Positions 55,170 to 63,393 of a stretch of DNA of 64,000 nucleotides are shown here, in pieces (positions within the stretch are counted from its first letter, which is position 1; every line of letters starts with the position of its first letter). The notes beneath the pieces are model-generated. The model was not told where the DNA came from, made no database searches, and saw nothing but the letters and a program-made list of their open reading frames with translations. A program made the position numbers and the translations under genes. Location: NCBI GenBank assembly GCA_963791815.1, contig CAWBTT010000001.1, forward strand, positions 41,720-105,719, in the 5' to 3' direction. The DNA comes from an uncultured Candidatus Micrarchaeota archaeon (GTDB taxonomy: Archaea; Micrarchaeota; Micrarchaeia; Anstonellales; Bilamarchaeaceae).

Positions 55170-56248
55170 TCATACGAGCCTTCCATGCACCGGTCTGAAT
55201 TGCAGATGTAATCCTCGGGACAGCTCACATCATCGAACTCTATGTCATTGCCATAGCAGAAGTATTCCCGAAGCCGGTATTGGCCAAGGCAGTTGTCATC
55301 CTTCTCCTCATCATAAAGCTCTGTTGAGCCGGACTTGTAGATATTGAACCCGCCGTCGCTGTCATAGCAGTCGCTCTCGACGCATTTGCCGCCGGAGCAC
55401 TGGTAGCCTGTTCCGCACTCGATTTCCTCATGTGTCGCGGCGCTCTCGTTGAGGCAGTAGTATTCCTTAATCAGCCCCTCATCGATACACTCGTCCCATT
55501 CGTTGAGCAGAGTCCCCATGCCTTTTGAGTGAATTGTGCGGCCTCGCTCGAATATGTCCTTTCCTTCGTCCGTTTCAGTGCACAATTCCTCGACAACCTT
55601 GCACCCTCCCATATCACACCGATAACCTGCGGGACACTGGCTGTTCTGAGCTTTGAGTTCCTTATCCTTGCAGTAGTAGTCCTTTACAGTTGTGTAATCA
55701 ACGCAGGTGTCTGAATAGTCTGTCCCATTGAAGGATGCTTTGTCAATCCGGTAGACGTCAGGCTGTACAGGGCCGGCACATCCAAGGTCAGGTGGAGGTG
55801 GCGGAGGCTCTTTGCAAGCACCTTTATCACAGCCGTTTTCACAGAGGATGGACGCGTTGGCAGGCTCATTGTCAACGCAAGCGTACTCAAGAAGATGGCT
55901 CTCGTTGAGGCAGTAATCGCTGTAAGTTGCGCCGAATGTCAAACTGCCGGATTTTTTGGAGTTGATACCGCCGTCAGTTTCAGTGCAGTTGTATACGTTT
56001 GAACAGTCCCCGTAGGTAAATGTTACATTGGCAGCTTGAGCTTCGCAGTCAGTCTCATAAGTCAAACCGTCAGAGCCACAAGCAGGACCAAGGCAAATCG
56101 GCTCAGTAGTATTCGTCTGGTTCGTCATGTTGGTTTGATTCGTCATGTTGGTTTGGTTTGTCACGTTGGTAACATTACCATCAGGAACGTCTGATTGTGC
56201 GCACCCGAAAACCATTAACGCCGCCAATAACAGGATTAAGAGCCTCAT
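55166..56248 (-). CDS. secreted Cys-rich protein with N-glycosylation-sequon repeat, Kazal-like domain and repeated Cys modules
   Basis: Signal MRLLILLLAALMVFGC, then NVTNVTNQTNMTNQTNMTNQTNTT. CLGPACGSDGLTYETDCEAQAANVTFTYGDC fits the Kazal CGSDG.TY..(D/N)C core. Four or more modules follow of the type DYC..x..L.EY.C...x...C..GY.C..G.C. Confidence 0.65.
   Translation of the reverse strand: MRLLILLLAALMVFGCAQSDVPDGNVTNVTNQTNMTNQTNMTNQTNTTEPICLGPACGSDGLTYETDCEAQAANVTFTYGDCSNVYNCTETDGGINSKKSGSLTFGATYSDYCLNESHLLEYACVDNEPANASILCENGCDKGACKEPPPPPPDLGCAGPVQPDVYRIDKASFNGTDYSDTCVDYTTVKDYYCKDKELKAQNSQCPAGYRCDMGGCKVVEELCTETDEGKDIFERGRTIHSKGMGTLLNEWDECIDEGLIKEYYCLNESAATHEEIECGTGYQCSGGKCVESDCYDSDGGFNIYKSGSTELYDEEKDDNCLGQYRLREYFCYGNDIEFDDVSCPEDYICNSDRCMEGSYD
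56121..56174 (-). repeat. three imperfect 18-nt tandem repeats (coding NQTNMT units)
   Basis: TTCGTCATGTTGGTTTGA / TTCGTCATGTTGGTTTGG / TTTGTCACGTTGGTAACA on the plus strand. Confidence 0.8.
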
Positions 56249-56369
56249 GGATGAATAAATGAATAGAATTCTCTTAAATTTATGCATAACATTTACACTT
56301 CCCGCCAAGAAAAACCATTAAAAAGACTTCTCACAATTATATACTGTTAAAAACTATTTTACTTAACGG

Positions 56370-56909
56370 GTGGAGAATTTGACAGAACAAAAAACAACTA
56401 GAAAACCAGAAGGAAACTTGAAGAAGCCATTCAAGAAGCTTGCGGCAGCAGCCGTTCTTGCAGGCGGATTGGCAGCGGCATGCGCACCAGATGTGAGCAT
56501 CAACCTTATTCCATACACTCCTGGAGGAGATGGGGGAGCAGGAGCTTGTCTTTCAATAAGAGACGGAAGCACCAGCAAGGTCAATGAATGCGAGCAAAGC
56601 GAAGATACTGAGATGAGAACTGGCGAAATGGTTGTTGTTGGAAACGCAGCTTTCCAGCTTGCTGGTGTTGTTGACTCAGGAGCAACAAAGGCAGCAAGGA
56701 TTACACCTATTGACGGGGCAAACGAATGTTCAGCAGGAAACTCAGAAGATATCCTCGCAGGAAACACAAACGTTCTGACAGTCAATGGTGTTCAGTACAG
56801 CGTCGAAGTCTCTGCAATAGAGTATGACAGCGTTGGCGCAAAAGTTACAGTTTCAGTAACGCCATCATGCCACCAGGAACCGGACCTTGGCGCTGAGAGC
56901 AGCGTCTAG
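56370..56909 (+). CDS. secreted lipobox protein, unknown function
   Basis: GTG start, basic n-region, AAAVLAGGLAAAC signal. 179 aa. Confidence 0.5.
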   Translation: MENLTEQKTTRKPEGNLKKPFKKLAAAAVLAGGLAAACAPDVSINLIPYTPGGDGGAGACLSIRDGSTSKVNECEQSEDTEMRTGEMVVVGNAAFQLAGVVDSGATKAARITPIDGANECSAGNSEDILAGNTNVLTVNGVQYSVEVSAIEYDSVGAKVTVSVTPSCHQEPDLGAESSV

Positions 56910-57658
56910 TTTTTTCTTATTTCATCAAAACCAGTCATTTTTCTTTTCTCTTTATACGCCCAGACCAGCAGCTTCTCTAAATTATCGACATCGGCGGCAT
57001 TATAGCGTATCAATTTCTCAAGAGCAGCCTTGTTGCCCCTCCTGAAAGCACGCCACATAAGGACAGCGTCATATCCTGTGACCCCTTTCAAATCATCCTC
57101 ACGTTCAAGACCAAACTTTTCCTCGATTTTCTTAAGGCCCCCAGTCACTCCAACTGAGGCAAGAACGAAGCGAAGGTCAATATGCAGCTGCGGCATCTCG
57201 ACATCCATCTCACGCCTTATGAAAGGAAGGTCGAACAATGAGCCGTTGAATGTGACCACCATCTCGTAGTCTTTTATGTCATTTTTGAAATCGTCAAGAT
57301 TGTCCTCATAGACATAGCTGTGGGTCTTTTTCCCATCATAAACCCCTATGACAGTCAAGTGGTCCCTGGCAGTGCACCCAGTCGTCTCAATGTCCAGATA
57401 CGCTATTTTGTTGTAATGGGGAAACGACCTCCAGGTTTCGTTGGATGGAAGCGTTCTGGCAAAATGTGCCGGATTGTTGTTCAGAAGCGCGTGCTTTGAC
57501 CTTGCAATCATTGAACATGAGTTCTTATGGTATGGAGAATCCCCAAAGCTCTCGAGGAAATCGTTCCATGATTCTATACCCATTTTCCAGAGTTTTTTTT
57601 CTCTGGCAGGGCCAAAGTTGGGGAGAAAAATGAAGCTATGGTCAAGCATGAAGAACAT
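56906..57658 (-). CDS. RNase H-like 3'-5' exonuclease domain protein (YprB/PolB-exo-like)
   Basis: IAYLDIETTG (ExoI) and VVTFNGSLFDLPFI (ExoII) motifs. 250 aa. Confidence 0.7.
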   Translation of the reverse strand: MFFMLDHSFIFLPNFGPAREKKLWKMGIESWNDFLESFGDSPYHKNSCSMIARSKHALLNNNPAHFARTLPSNETWRSFPHYNKIAYLDIETTGCTARDHLTVIGVYDGKKTHSYVYEDNLDDFKNDIKDYEMVVTFNGSLFDLPFIRREMDVEMPQLHIDLRFVLASVGVTGGLKKIEEKFGLEREDDLKGVTGYDAVLMWRAFRRGNKAALEKLIRYNAADVDNLEKLLVWAYKEKRKMTGFDEIRKN

Positions 57659-57709
57659 TCGTTGAAAATACTTATTAAGCTAACCTGCAAAAGTCATGCG
57701 GTGTTCACA

Positions 57710-58738
57710 ATGGATTACGATTTGATGAAGGAACTTTCAGAGGCAGACGGCGTAAGCTCCCAGGAGACTGGAGTGGCCATAATTATGGAGAAAGAATTCA
57801 AGAAAAGGGGGCTAAAAACCAAAATCGACGAGTTTGGCAATGTGATTGCATATAAGAAAATCACGAAGAACCCACTGATACTCGGCGCTCACATGGATGA
57901 GATTGGCCTTATGGTCAAGCACATTGATGAGAAGGGATTCCTTAGATTCATGAAGATTGGCGGGATTGATGACCGGGCTCTCATGAACCAGCAGATTACC
58001 ATCAGGACGAGGAAGGGGATACTTCCAGGAGTTATCGGGGGCAAGCCGCCGCACATCATGAAGCCAGAGGAAAGAAAGAACACTGTCGATTACAAGAGCC
58101 TTTTCATTGACATCGGTGCAACCAGCGCGAAGGAAGCTGCCAGGATGGGAATTGAGATTGGGGATACTGCAACATTCTCAACAAAGTTCTACAAGCTTGG
58201 GAAGAAAATGATGACTGGAAAGGCCCTTGACAACCGTGTAGGGTGTTATGTCCTCATACAGCTGGCAAAAGGATTGAAGGACAATGTAGTTCTTCTTGGA
58301 AGCTCTCAGGAAGAGGTTTCCACATTTGGAAAGGGCGCCAAGACAGCCAGCTATACCCTTGACCCGCGGGCGTTCATAGCAGTCGACACCACAATTGCAG
58401 GAGACCACCCGGAACTCCGGCCTCATGATGCTCCGGTTTACCTTTCAAAAGGCCCCTGCCTTGTGCTTGTCGAGGCTGGCGCACGGGGGAATGTCGCAGA
58501 GAAGAATTTGACCAAGAAAATAATTGATATTGCAAAGAAAGAGAAAATCAAGGTGCAGATGGAAGTGTTTGATGGCGGGGCAACTGACGCGGCATCAGTA
58601 CACAACCTGAAATCCGGAATCCCTTCGATTGGGGTTTGTGTCCCTGCAAGGTATATCCACTCAACAGTGGGAGTCGTGCATGAAGGGGATATCGAAAACG
58701 ACATCAAGCTCCTGAAAAAAGTAGCTTCTGCGCTTTAG
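57710..58738 (+). CDS. M42 family aminopeptidase (FrvX/TET-like)
   Basis: Start set at the ATG at 57710. GAHMDEIGLMV, ALDNRVG, SSQEEVS and IPARYIHS motifs. Confidence 0.85.
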   Translation: MDYDLMKELSEADGVSSQETGVAIIMEKEFKKRGLKTKIDEFGNVIAYKKITKNPLILGAHMDEIGLMVKHIDEKGFLRFMKIGGIDDRALMNQQITIRTRKGILPGVIGGKPPHIMKPEERKNTVDYKSLFIDIGATSAKEAARMGIEIGDTATFSTKFYKLGKKMMTGKALDNRVGCYVLIQLAKGLKDNVVLLGSSQEEVSTFGKGAKTASYTLDPRAFIAVDTTIAGDHPELRPHDAPVYLSKGPCLVLVEAGARGNVAEKNLTKKIIDIAKKEKIKVQMEVFDGGATDAASVHNLKSGIPSIGVCVPARYIHSTVGVVHEGDIENDIKLLKKVASAL

Positions 58739-58774
58739 ATAGCAATAATAACAGAACGTGCCGTTTCATCTGTA

Positions 58775-59497
58775 ATGGCAAAGGACTGGAGAGCCTTAAG
58801 GCAGCTAATTAAGGAAGCGAACGTGGTGGTAGAGGTAGTGGACGCCAGGAACGTTCGCGGAACAAGGCTCCCACTGGCTGAAACCTGGGCAGGAGCAAAA
58901 CTCATGATTATCGCCAACAAGATGGATCTTGCTGATAAGACTCCAAATGACACCCATTTCGTAATCAGCGCCAAATACGCTGAGGATTCGGAGAGGAGAA
59001 AAATAATCAGTGAGATGGTTGGAAGAACCAAGAAAAGGCCTGTTAAGGCCCTGTTCATAGGATACCCGAACATCGGGAAGAGCTCGATTATCAACATGCT
59101 CGCAAAAAGAAAAGCCGCGAGGGTTTCCCCAGTTGCAGGAACAACGAAAAATATCCAGTGGATAAATATCAATACTGAGCTGAAGGCCACTGATTATCGG
59201 GGGGTTTACCCAAAAGGAGAAGATGAGGACGACCTTATGCGCAAGGGCGCGGTGAACATTGAGAAGGATGCTGAACTCCACGCTTATGCTTTTGCCAAGA
59301 GAGTGATTAGGAGCAAGAAGCTGAGGGCCTGGGTTGAGAAGAAACTCGACATGGACCTATCTGGCATTTATGATGAAGATGTGCTTTTCAGAGCCATAGC
59401 AAAGAGGAGAAAATTAGTTATTCGGGGCGGGGAGCTGAACACTGACGAGGCTGCCCGGATTCTGGTCAGATTGCTGAGGGACGCGCCGGAAATCTGA
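58775..59497 (+). CDS. circularly permuted GTPase (YlqF/RbgA-like ribosome biogenesis GTPase)
   Basis: G4 NKMD (IIANKMDL) precedes G1 GYPNIGKSS, with G3 D..G after it. This order is diagnostic of cpGTPases. Confidence 0.8.
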   Translation: MAKDWRALRQLIKEANVVVEVVDARNVRGTRLPLAETWAGAKLMIIANKMDLADKTPNDTHFVISAKYAEDSERRKIISEMVGRTKKRPVKALFIGYPNIGKSSIINMLAKRKAARVSPVAGTTKNIQWININTELKATDYRGVYPKGEDEDDLMRKGAVNIEKDAELHAYAFAKRVIRSKKLRAWVEKKLDMDLSGIYDEDVLFRAIAKRRKLVIRGGELNTDEAARILVRLLRDAPEI

Positions 59498-59540
59498 TAC
59501 ATAGTTGCTTTATAAATTATGTTATACATAGTTTCTATTA

Positions 59541-59996
59541 ATGGTGCTAGTAAGAAAACCGACAGCCCTAGGCACACCTCCCAGTAGGAGCACTTCGCCA
59601 ATGGAAGAGGGGCCAAGAAATGGCATCCTTGTAAGTAAAACAAAGCATGCCAAAATCCTGGTTGTTGATGATGACCCATTGCTTGCCAATGGAATTGCAA
59701 GAAATCTGAAGAAAATGGGTTTCGAAGCAGTGACCACTGATGGCAGAAGCGCCCTCGGAGTATTCCAAATGGAGAAATTCCATCTAGTAATATCCGACCT
59801 GGACATGCCATATATTAACGGCATCCAAGTCATAAAGAAAATTAAGGCGATTGCCCCGGATGCGAAAATCATAATATATACTGCAAATGAATCAGTCAGT
59901 GATTCTGAACTCTTGGAAGCGGGGGCCATAGATGTGCTTCATAAGCCAGTTGATATTGAAACATTGAGAAATTGCATTATTAGGAATTTGAGTTAG
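59541..59996 (+). CDS. single-domain response regulator receiver (CheY-like)
   Basis: ILVVDDD...VISDLDMPYINGIQV...KIIIYTA...KP receiver pattern. The N-terminal 35 aa are low-complexity, so the start is uncertain. Confidence 0.8.
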   Translation: MVLVRKPTALGTPPSRSTSPMEEGPRNGILVSKTKHAKILVVDDDPLLANGIARNLKKMGFEAVTTDGRSALGVFQMEKFHLVISDLDMPYINGIQVIKKIKAIAPDAKIIIYTANESVSDSELLEAGAIDVLHKPVDIETLRNCIIRNLS

Positions 59997-60006
59997 GTGA
60001 GCAGAT

Positions 60007-60447
60007 ATGAGAAAACTTACGCCAGTCCCACAGCCAGAGAAAATGACGGACTTCAAAAAAAGAGAACCCGCAGTTGAACCGCCGCAGAAGAAACTTGCTA
60101 GAATACTGGTTGTTGATGATGATAGCCTAATTAGGAATCTGATGGGAGAGATGCTTGATGGATACTCCGTTGGAACTGCGAATGACGGGGTTGAGGGACT
60201 CACTCTTTTCAAAGCAGGCGATTTTGACCTTGTTGTGACAGACCTTAAAATGCCAAAAATGAGCGGGATGGAACTTCTTGCTGAAATTAAACTAATTAAT
60301 CCGGATGCCAAAGTCATAGTAATCAGCGGCCGTCTTGATGTGGAAACTGTAGATATGCTTAAGCAGATGGGAGCTGCTGCCGTGCTTGAGAAACCCATGG
60401 GGATTCTTGAAATCGAAGAGCATGTAGAAAAAATCCTGCTCAATTAA
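60007..60447 (+). CDS. single-domain response regulator receiver (CheY-like)
   Basis: ILVVDDD...VVTDLKMPKMSGMEL...VIVISG...KP receiver pattern. Confidence 0.85.
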   Translation: MRKLTPVPQPEKMTDFKKREPAVEPPQKKLARILVVDDDSLIRNLMGEMLDGYSVGTANDGVEGLTLFKAGDFDLVVTDLKMPKMSGMELLAEIKLINPDAKVIVISGRLDVETVDMLKQMGAAAVLEKPMGILEIEEHVEKILLN

Positions 60448-60468
60448 CTCTAAAAACATTCATGCTGA

Positions 60469-61926
60469 ATGGAATTCATGAGAGCTTCGGTTTTACTCTT
60501 TCTGATTCTGGTTTTATCCACTTCTTTTGCTGAGACCACATGCTCCAGAGATAACTGCGAAATCACAATTACCCTGAAGATTGCTTTCCAGGGCGCTGAT
60601 GATGCATACATCAACAGAGCAGTTAACGAAATACAAAACACATGGAACGGGCCAAACGGCTACAGGACAACAGGGGACTGCAAATGCAAGATGAAATTCC
60701 AGGTCCTTACGACAAAGGCTCAGGACTGCAAAAACAGTCCTCCAAATGGATACCACTGCGTGATGGTGACTGACTACAACAATAACCCCCCTAGGAACCA
60801 GACCAACATCACAGGAGCGAAATACTACATAGGATACATGTACGGTGTTGCAACTGGCAATGGAAGCAACAGCGAAAAGGGCTGGTGGTCCAGTATCATG
60901 AGCAGGCCGGTAGATGCCAATGCGCCGCAGGGTGAGCATTACAAGGACTTTGCCCATGAAGCTGGCCATATGATGGGCCTTGAGGATGGAGATGGAGGAA
61001 TCATGTCCAGAACTTCCGGCGCCAATTCAGGACCAACCCAGGCCAACATCGATGAGATTGCCAATGATATTTGCGGTGCTAATGCATGCCCTGACCGGTG
61101 CTGCTGCGGAAACGGACAGGTTGACACTGGAAAAGGGGAACAGTGCGACCCAAAGGCCAATCCAAAAGGATGCGCATCCGGGCAGGCGTGCTGCGCTGTC
61201 TGCTGCGGTTGCTACGGATTGGTATGCATTCCAGCAGACAATGAATATTCAACCCAAAGCGATTGCAATGGAGCCTGCGGAATCGACTCGAAATGCTACA
61301 AGAATTACAAAACCGGATGCTGGAACTGTGTGAAGCAGACAGTTGTGGTTCATGAGACCTGCTATGACTCTCAGAATATTCGCGGGAACCAGGATTGCGA
61401 CCATGTTGAGAAATCATTCGTAGACCAGGGGGTTGATTTTTATGAGAACGACCTCGCTGCATTGCCAGTTCTTGGCGATGTCTTTGCCACTGAGAAAATA
61501 AACATCATCACTGATGAAGGGGATACTGGCCACATAATCACGAAGGAAAAGGATGTAACGAACTATGGCGGGGTTCTTCTTAGCGACCATAGCGTCACAG
61601 TAAGCACTGACAGGGAAACGATGAGCCTGATTGCAAGTTCGGATTTGACTGTCCAGCAGGCACTCGGAACCGGGAGAATCCAGATTGACGGCAATGGGAT
61701 AATAGATGGAATGAGATTTGGGATGTATCACTTGGCCTTTGATATTTTCAATTTATTCAACCCGGCGCAGGAGTTTGTACAGCCTGAGCAGGAAGATGAA
61801 TATCCGCAGGAGTATTATGACTCTCTTGATGTCTTTGACTCAAGTGATGCTCCAACAGACCCGAACCCAAGCGATATCGGAGAACTTCCAGATGAAGGTG
61901 AATTTGGAAAAATTTACCCGTCTTGA
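60469..61926 (+). CDS. secreted zinc metalloprotease-like protein (HExxHxxGxxD) with Cys-rich CGNG..GE.CD module
   Basis: Signal peptide. FAHEAGHMMGLEDGDG with HEAGH at 60955-60969. Downstream CCCGNGQVDTGKGEQCDP...CASGQACCAVCCGC, and an acidic C-terminus. Confidence 0.65.
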   Translation: MEFMRASVLLFLILVLSTSFAETTCSRDNCEITITLKIAFQGADDAYINRAVNEIQNTWNGPNGYRTTGDCKCKMKFQVLTTKAQDCKNSPPNGYHCVMVTDYNNNPPRNQTNITGAKYYIGYMYGVATGNGSNSEKGWWSSIMSRPVDANAPQGEHYKDFAHEAGHMMGLEDGDGGIMSRTSGANSGPTQANIDEIANDICGANACPDRCCCGNGQVDTGKGEQCDPKANPKGCASGQACCAVCCGCYGLVCIPADNEYSTQSDCNGACGIDSKCYKNYKTGCWNCVKQTVVVHETCYDSQNIRGNQDCDHVEKSFVDQGVDFYENDLAALPVLGDVFATEKINIITDEGDTGHIITKEKDVTNYGGVLLSDHSVTVSTDRETMSLIASSDLTVQQALGTGRIQIDGNGIIDGMRFGMYHLAFDIFNLFNPAQEFVQPEQEDEYPQEYYDSLDVFDSSDAPTDPNPSDIGELPDEGEFGKIYPS

Positions 61927-61954
61927 TTTTAAACATTGAATTCCAAGTACCTCC

Positions 61955-62335
61955 ATGCGCACATATGTCAAGGGCTCCCGCGCAGAAAGGGAACTGATCG
62001 ATTATTTTTCAAAGAACGGATTCTGCGTAATCCGTGCTGCCGGCAGCGGAGTGAATTCGCTTAGCCCGGACATACTTGTTTTCAGAAGAGGCATCCAGAT
62101 AGGTATTGAGGCCAAGGCTTGGGAGAAGACAAACCTTAACATTGACCGTGAGCAGTTTGTGAATCTCAAAAAATGGGAAGACACAAGCGGCATTACCTGT
62201 TTGGTTGGCTGGAGAAGGAACAGGAAGGGGTGGATGTTCGTTCCGCTTCCGCTCTTCAAGGAGAATGAAAAAAGTTTCGGAATTAACTGGGAAAACGCCT
62301 GCGCCCTTGGAAGAAAGCAGGAGGAACTACTCTGA
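61955..62335 (+). CDS. hjc: Holliday junction resolvase Hjc
   Basis: 126 aa. KGSRAERELIDYFSKNGFCVIRAAGSG...PDILVF...GIEAK matches the Hjc catalytic E...D...E-x-K layout. Confidence 0.85.
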   Translation: MRTYVKGSRAERELIDYFSKNGFCVIRAAGSGVNSLSPDILVFRRGIQIGIEAKAWEKTNLNIDREQFVNLKKWEDTSGITCLVGWRRNRKGWMFVPLPLFKENEKSFGINWENACALGRKQEELL

Positions 62336-63298
62336 TACTGGCGGGATGTAGTTTATCCCCGACTGCTTTGTGATTACTATTGAGTCGTAACCTCGTATCA
62401 AATCAGGAAATTTACGTTTTATCCGGTTCATTATCTCCATCATTTCCTCTACCCGCTCAACTTCCATCTCAAGTTCCATGTCCCAAGCCCCGACAGTTGT
62501 TGCAAGGGCGAAGATCCTGGGCTCATTCTGGCAGAAATTGTAGATTGCATCTAGGGATTTGTCATTTATGTTGTGCAGCGCTATAAGGGATTTACAGAAG
62601 ACCAGGTTCATTTTCCCATAATCCAAATCAACCCCGAACTTCGCTATTATTCCCTTTTTTCTCAGGGATTTCACCCTATGATTTACGTTCTGGGCAGGGA
62701 TACCGGTTTTCTTTGATACCGATGAAAAGCTGGAGCGCGCTGAAGGAACCAGAGCCGATAATATTGAAAGATCCTGCTCATCAAACCTTTCCTGTTTCGG
62801 TTCGCCGCCATACATTATCGGGAATATTTCATTTGATTCAGGCAGTAACCATTTGCGGTTGTAATAGAACCAGTTGACGTTGTGTATCACTTCCTTTTCC
62901 AGTATGTTCCTGCTGAATTTGTCCAGTATTTTCTTGAAAGTGTTGTAGAATGAAAATGTAGAGGTTGCCCAGGTGCAGAAAAGGGCGTCCCACCTTCCGG
63001 TCGCGTGAACCACCCAGCCAACTTCTGGGAGCGATTTCAGGTATGAGAAGAATTCCTGCTCTTTTTCCTGGTTTGTGTCCTGAAAACGTATGTATGTCTT
63101 GATATTGACAAAGCCAAACTTGGCAGTGTCAAGGTGGGTTGTATAGCCTGATATTGGGCCTTGCTCTTCCATACGGTGAATCCTGTAATTTACAGTGTCG
63201 CGGTTGCTCGCAATCTTTTTTGCGATTTCTTTTGATGACTGTCTTGAATTGATGTCAAGATGGTAGAGTATTTTCCGATCAAGGATATCCAAGGCCAT
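62327..63298 (-). CDS. tandem Lrp/AsnC-family regulator (two HTH + RAM-like modules)
   Basis: LDILDRKILYHLDINSRQSSKEIAKKIASNRDTVNYRIHRMEEQG and LDEQDLSILSALVPSARSSFSSVSKKTGIPAQNVNHRVKSLRKKGII, each followed by an approximately 80-aa beta-alpha domain. Confidence 0.7.
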   Translation of the reverse strand: MALDILDRKILYHLDINSRQSSKEIAKKIASNRDTVNYRIHRMEEQGPISGYTTHLDTAKFGFVNIKTYIRFQDTNQEKEQEFFSYLKSLPEVGWVVHATGRWDALFCTWATSTFSFYNTFKKILDKFSRNILEKEVIHNVNWFYYNRKWLLPESNEIFPIMYGGEPKQERFDEQDLSILSALVPSARSSFSSVSKKTGIPAQNVNHRVKSLRKKGIIAKFGVDLDYGKMNLVFCKSLIALHNINDKSLDAIYNFCQNEPRIFALATTVGAWDMELEMEVERVEEMMEIMNRIKRKFPDLIRGYDSIVITKQSGINYIPPVSE

Positions 63299-63393
63299 AA
63301 TTAATCAAATAGTTAGTTATTATTATATATTTTATGTTTTGAGGCAAAATAGTAACATAAAATTAAAATATCTCAAATTGTGTTATTTGGTGT

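Noticed and set aside
56100-56180. Short direct DNA repeats that might suggest a CRISPR or minisatellite array
   Set aside because: The 18-nt units are contiguous with no spacers, lie inside a continuous ORF and encode NQTNMT sequons. The same applies to the AP/KE-coding repeats at 19600-19780.
62327-63298. Possibility that the double Lrp/AsnC-like protein is a siroheme decarboxylase (AhbA/B or NirDL-like) partnered with the neighbouring radical SAM enzyme
   Set aside because: The architecture is compatible, but the neighbouring radical SAM protein has a B12-binding N-domain, unlike AhbC/AhbD. No other heme or siroheme genes are visible, and I cannot verify diagnostic residues by eye.
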